Shown: one piece after another, positions 59,209 to 64,000 of the stretch | How positions within the stretch are numbered: position 1 is the first letter of the stretch | Layout of the letters: every line of letters begins with the position of its first letter | From: the human T2T-CHM13v2.0 reference genome, Homo sapiens | Length of the DNA stretch: 64,000 bases | Direction: 5' to 3' (one strand) | NCBI RefSeq assembly: GCF_009914755.1 | Contig: NC_060934.1 | The notes under the pieces: generated by a model | Database searches by the model: none | What the model was told of the DNA's origin: nothing | The model's input: the letters and a program-made list of their open reading frames with translations, nothing else | Translations under genes and position numbers: made by a program

Positions 59209-60985
59209 TGTTTTTAAAATGTTAATGCTTTGGATGAACCAATATGCCAAAAAGTGGCTGAAAGAAAAGTGAACAGAATATCAAGGATGAATTTTCTAGT
59301 CTGGAAAAAACCCTGAAATAATCAGATTCCTTCTCACATTAAGCGTTTATTTTCCAGATACAGTTTTTATCAGACACTTTCCAAATGGTTTAGATGTGAA
59401 TTCTTGTCTTCTCTCTTTTATCGGTTGGGGGGGCAGGTCCGTTGTGGGGTATGGAGATGAAACTGATAAGACGGTTTGGTGCATATAAACACTGTGCTCA
59501 TCCTGCTTGCAAATTACTTGTCCACAGATTTTTTTAAATATGTTCTCACCTTTTAAGAGGAAAAATTCCATTGATTTTCTGTTGAGCAAAGGTTTTCTCC
59601 TCTCTCTCTTTATTAAATATGCCAGTGCTTTAAACAGAGGGTTAAAGAAATAACCTTCCTTGGGTAGGAAAGCTGAGAATAAGCATCATTTTGGGTCCTT
59701 TGATGTGAGAGTTATCCCCTGTCCCCTTCTTCTTGGGACTATTAGAGATGCCACTGGAGTGGATAGGTGCAGATGAGAACTAAATGTGGCTGTGGGCAGA
59801 TGAGCATCTGCATTGGGACTGGTTCAGACACTGGAGCCATCCTCTCTCCTCTAGCTTCCTTAGGCAGGTGTCATCAGGTGAGAAGGCCAGGTGGTGGGTC
59901 TGCTGTAGCCAAGCTTGGCAGAGTTTTGGAGACATGGGGCAAGGCACAGACACAAGGCCTTGGCACTTACGGTGCGGACAAGGAGGGTTTACTAGGTCTT
60001 GCTCTTTTCCTGACATTTCCTAATGCCGCTTCCCAGAGTCTTCAACGAGAGTCACCTCTACATTCCTTCTACTTTCCATGATCATTTGTTAAAAAAAATG
60101 TGTCCCAGACTCCTCCTTCTGAGAGCAAGCGCTCACAGAGTGCTGCCCTGTGCCGAGCCCTGCACGAGTGCACCGTGGGAGCATTCATGGATGAGACTCC
60201 TGTGGGCAGCTGGCACTGCTGATACAGCCAAGCCAGTGCAGGCTCTGCATCCAAGGGGCTCACGGTCTTCGTAGAAGACCCCCAGCAAGCGAGACCAATG
60301 GAATGATGGCAACCAGAAGGGAGGGTGCCCTGACGGAGAATAAGGACCACAGCTGGAGTGGAAGTGGGGAGTGCAACCTGCCCACAATACAGGGGTCAGA
60401 GGTGGCCTCTCAGAGTCCATGCCCCACTCCCAGACAAAGAAAAGTCAGCAACTGGTGTCAAATCCATTTGGAAAACACCGGACAAAAACTGCATTGGGGG
60501 AGAGAAAACCCATCAGAAATAAATGATGGTTATTGCAGATATTTTTTCCAGGCTAAAAAGTTTCTTCTTCAAATTCCATTTGTGTTTCTTTCAACCACCT
60601 TTGATGCCTTAGTCCACTAGACCCATTCAGATTAAAGTTCAATTGAGTTGGAAGCAGCCTGCCATGGTGGCAGGAGAGGGGCAGCACTGCAGAGAGTGGG
60701 GATCTAAGTGCCTTGCAGAGAGGACTGGGGCTGGGGAAGAGCAGGTCTGTTTTGAAGCATTATACAAGGGAGTGCTGGCTTGAGATGGCCAGGAGGGGAA
60801 CCAGGGCCAGTTCGGTCCTCATCTTGAAGGGTTTCAAGGAGTCTGGAGTTTTAAAATTTGTTTTATTGTAAGGCAGAGCATTTAAGGAATTTAAGCAGAA
60901 GAGTGTCATGATCTGATTTCTGTTCGGATAAAACACCAGATGCCAAGTAAAATTAGAATTTCTGATAAAGAGGAAACAAATTTTT

Positions 60986-61321
<336 letters not shown>

Positions 61322-61371
61322 AAAGAGGAAACAATGTTTTTGTATAAGTGTATCCCAAACATTGCATGAAA

Positions 61372-62760
<1,389 letters not shown>

Positions 62761-63500
62761 TAAATCTGGCAACACTATTTGTGAGATTAGTGGAGAATTT
62801 GATAGAGGTTAGTCTTGAGTAAAAGGTGGGAGCTCTGCTAGGGACTGTTGCAATGGTCTGAGTGAGAGATGCAGGTCGGGGTTTGGGCTAGGGTGGGCTC
62901 CGAGGAGATAAAGATAAGGGGATGGATCTGAGAGGGGCCACACAGGCTTTGTGATGGGTGGGACCTAAGGGCAGCAAGGGAGGAAGCAGTCAGAATATTC
63001 TCAGGTTGGAGGGTCCAGGCTGGAGGAAAAGCATCCAAGGTGGCCCCACTGACTGTGACGAGGTCACTCTGGTAGGAATAGGCATGGGTGAGAGAGGCTA
63101 GGGTTAAGTTTCCTATACTTTTATTAGAAACACCTGCTGAGGTGTGGACTCTGCAAGGAAGTTGTGAGTCTGGGCAGGAGGAGCAGGTTTGGGAGCTTCC
63201 AACATAGAGAAAACATTTACATCTAGGAGAATTAAAATCCCAGGACATCTGTATGGGAAGGATGTGCAGAGAGACGTTCACCTTCTGAATCCCTGCTGTA
63301 TGTCGGGAACACTGCAGTCGCTATTAGGGAACCAGCGATGAATAAATCGTGTTTTTCATACAAATTTTCTGCCTTGAGAGAGATTTCTCAGTAAATTTTC
63401 TTCACGAAAGAAATGGTTTTTGCTACAGACAAAACAAGAGAAGAGAAGGACACACTCCCAGTCTCGCTGGAGCCCATAGACAATGGCAATTGGCTCAGTA

Positions 63501-63693
63501 GATTTTGGGGTTTTCCATACTCACCACTATCCCAAGAGTGCTGGTGAAGGCAGTTGTGCTGTTCAAGGAAATTTCTAGAAGTTGGGGACATGGCAGGGGC
63601 ACAGCACAACTGCCTTCCCCAGCACTCTTTGGACAGTGGTGAGTATAGAAACCTCCAGATTCAACCCCAGAAGTTGGGGACATGGCAGGGGCA
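63501..63693. repeat. 62-bp inverted repeat (63501-63562 / 63601-63662) plus perfect 25-bp direct repeat (63577-63601 / 63669-63693)
   Basis: Arms match 54/62 by hand alignment (inner 50 bp 46/50); AGAAGTTGGGGACATGGCAGGGGCA occurs twice. Confidence 0.95.
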
Positions 63694-64000
63694 AGGAAAG
63701 AGGCCCAGGGGACGCTGCCACTGGGTTGCGCTGATGGTTTCCAAACCTGCCAGGCACAACTGCCACAAGGACTCCTATGTGGAGCTATGAAGCTCTGCAG
63801 TGGGGTGGGTCTACTGAGTGCTCTCACACTCATTGCGGGGGGGACCCTGCATGTCATTCTGTCCTTTCCAAAATATTGCCCTTGCTCAGACACCCAAACT
63901 GGAAGATCTGTATGTCTTGCCCAGTATGACACTGGGTCGTTCTTTGGTCTGAGAAATCCGGGATAGAAAAATCCATCATCCCAGTCTCTCCAATGCCATC

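Noticed and set aside
63577-63693. 25-bp direct repeats with a spacer as a CRISPR-like array
   Set aside because: Only two repeats, the spacer is a local inverted copy, the context is human and there are no cas genes

Overview
Human (or very closely related hominid) genomic DNA. The lineage call rests on a near-consensus AluYb8 at 10527-10839 and a typical human repeat landscape. I cannot place the locus. I find no supportable protein-coding exon, tRNA/rRNA/snRNA gene or CRISPR array. The ORFs in the track are Alu, L1 or Tigger translations or chance ORFs. Roughly half of the window is transposon-derived: about 14 Alu or Alu-monomer copies, several old L1M blocks, a twin-primed 5'-inverted L1PA with TSD, a full-length Tigger1, MER53 x2, a half MADE1, MER2/MER5/MER103-like fragments, MLT1/MST LTRs, L2 and MIR. 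Between these lie repeat-poor blocks rich in CpG and homeodomain motifs (about 16.1-17.4 kb and 55.7-56.5 kb) that look like developmental enhancers in a gene desert or large intron. I do not see convincing evidence of a new biological system. The most unusual sequence-level signals are: (i) a 62-bp inverted duplication bracketed by a perfect 25-bp direct repeat, forming a long hairpin (63501-63693); (ii) a locally templated insertion at an L1 deletion junction (34064-34167); (iii) an ancient ~70%-identical duplication of ~250 bp of otherwise unrecognised DNA (3810-4066 / 6289-6566); (iv) a possible 1.36-kb inversion (35858-37218). Repeat subfamily names come from recalled consensus sequences by eye and boundaries of old repeats are approximate.
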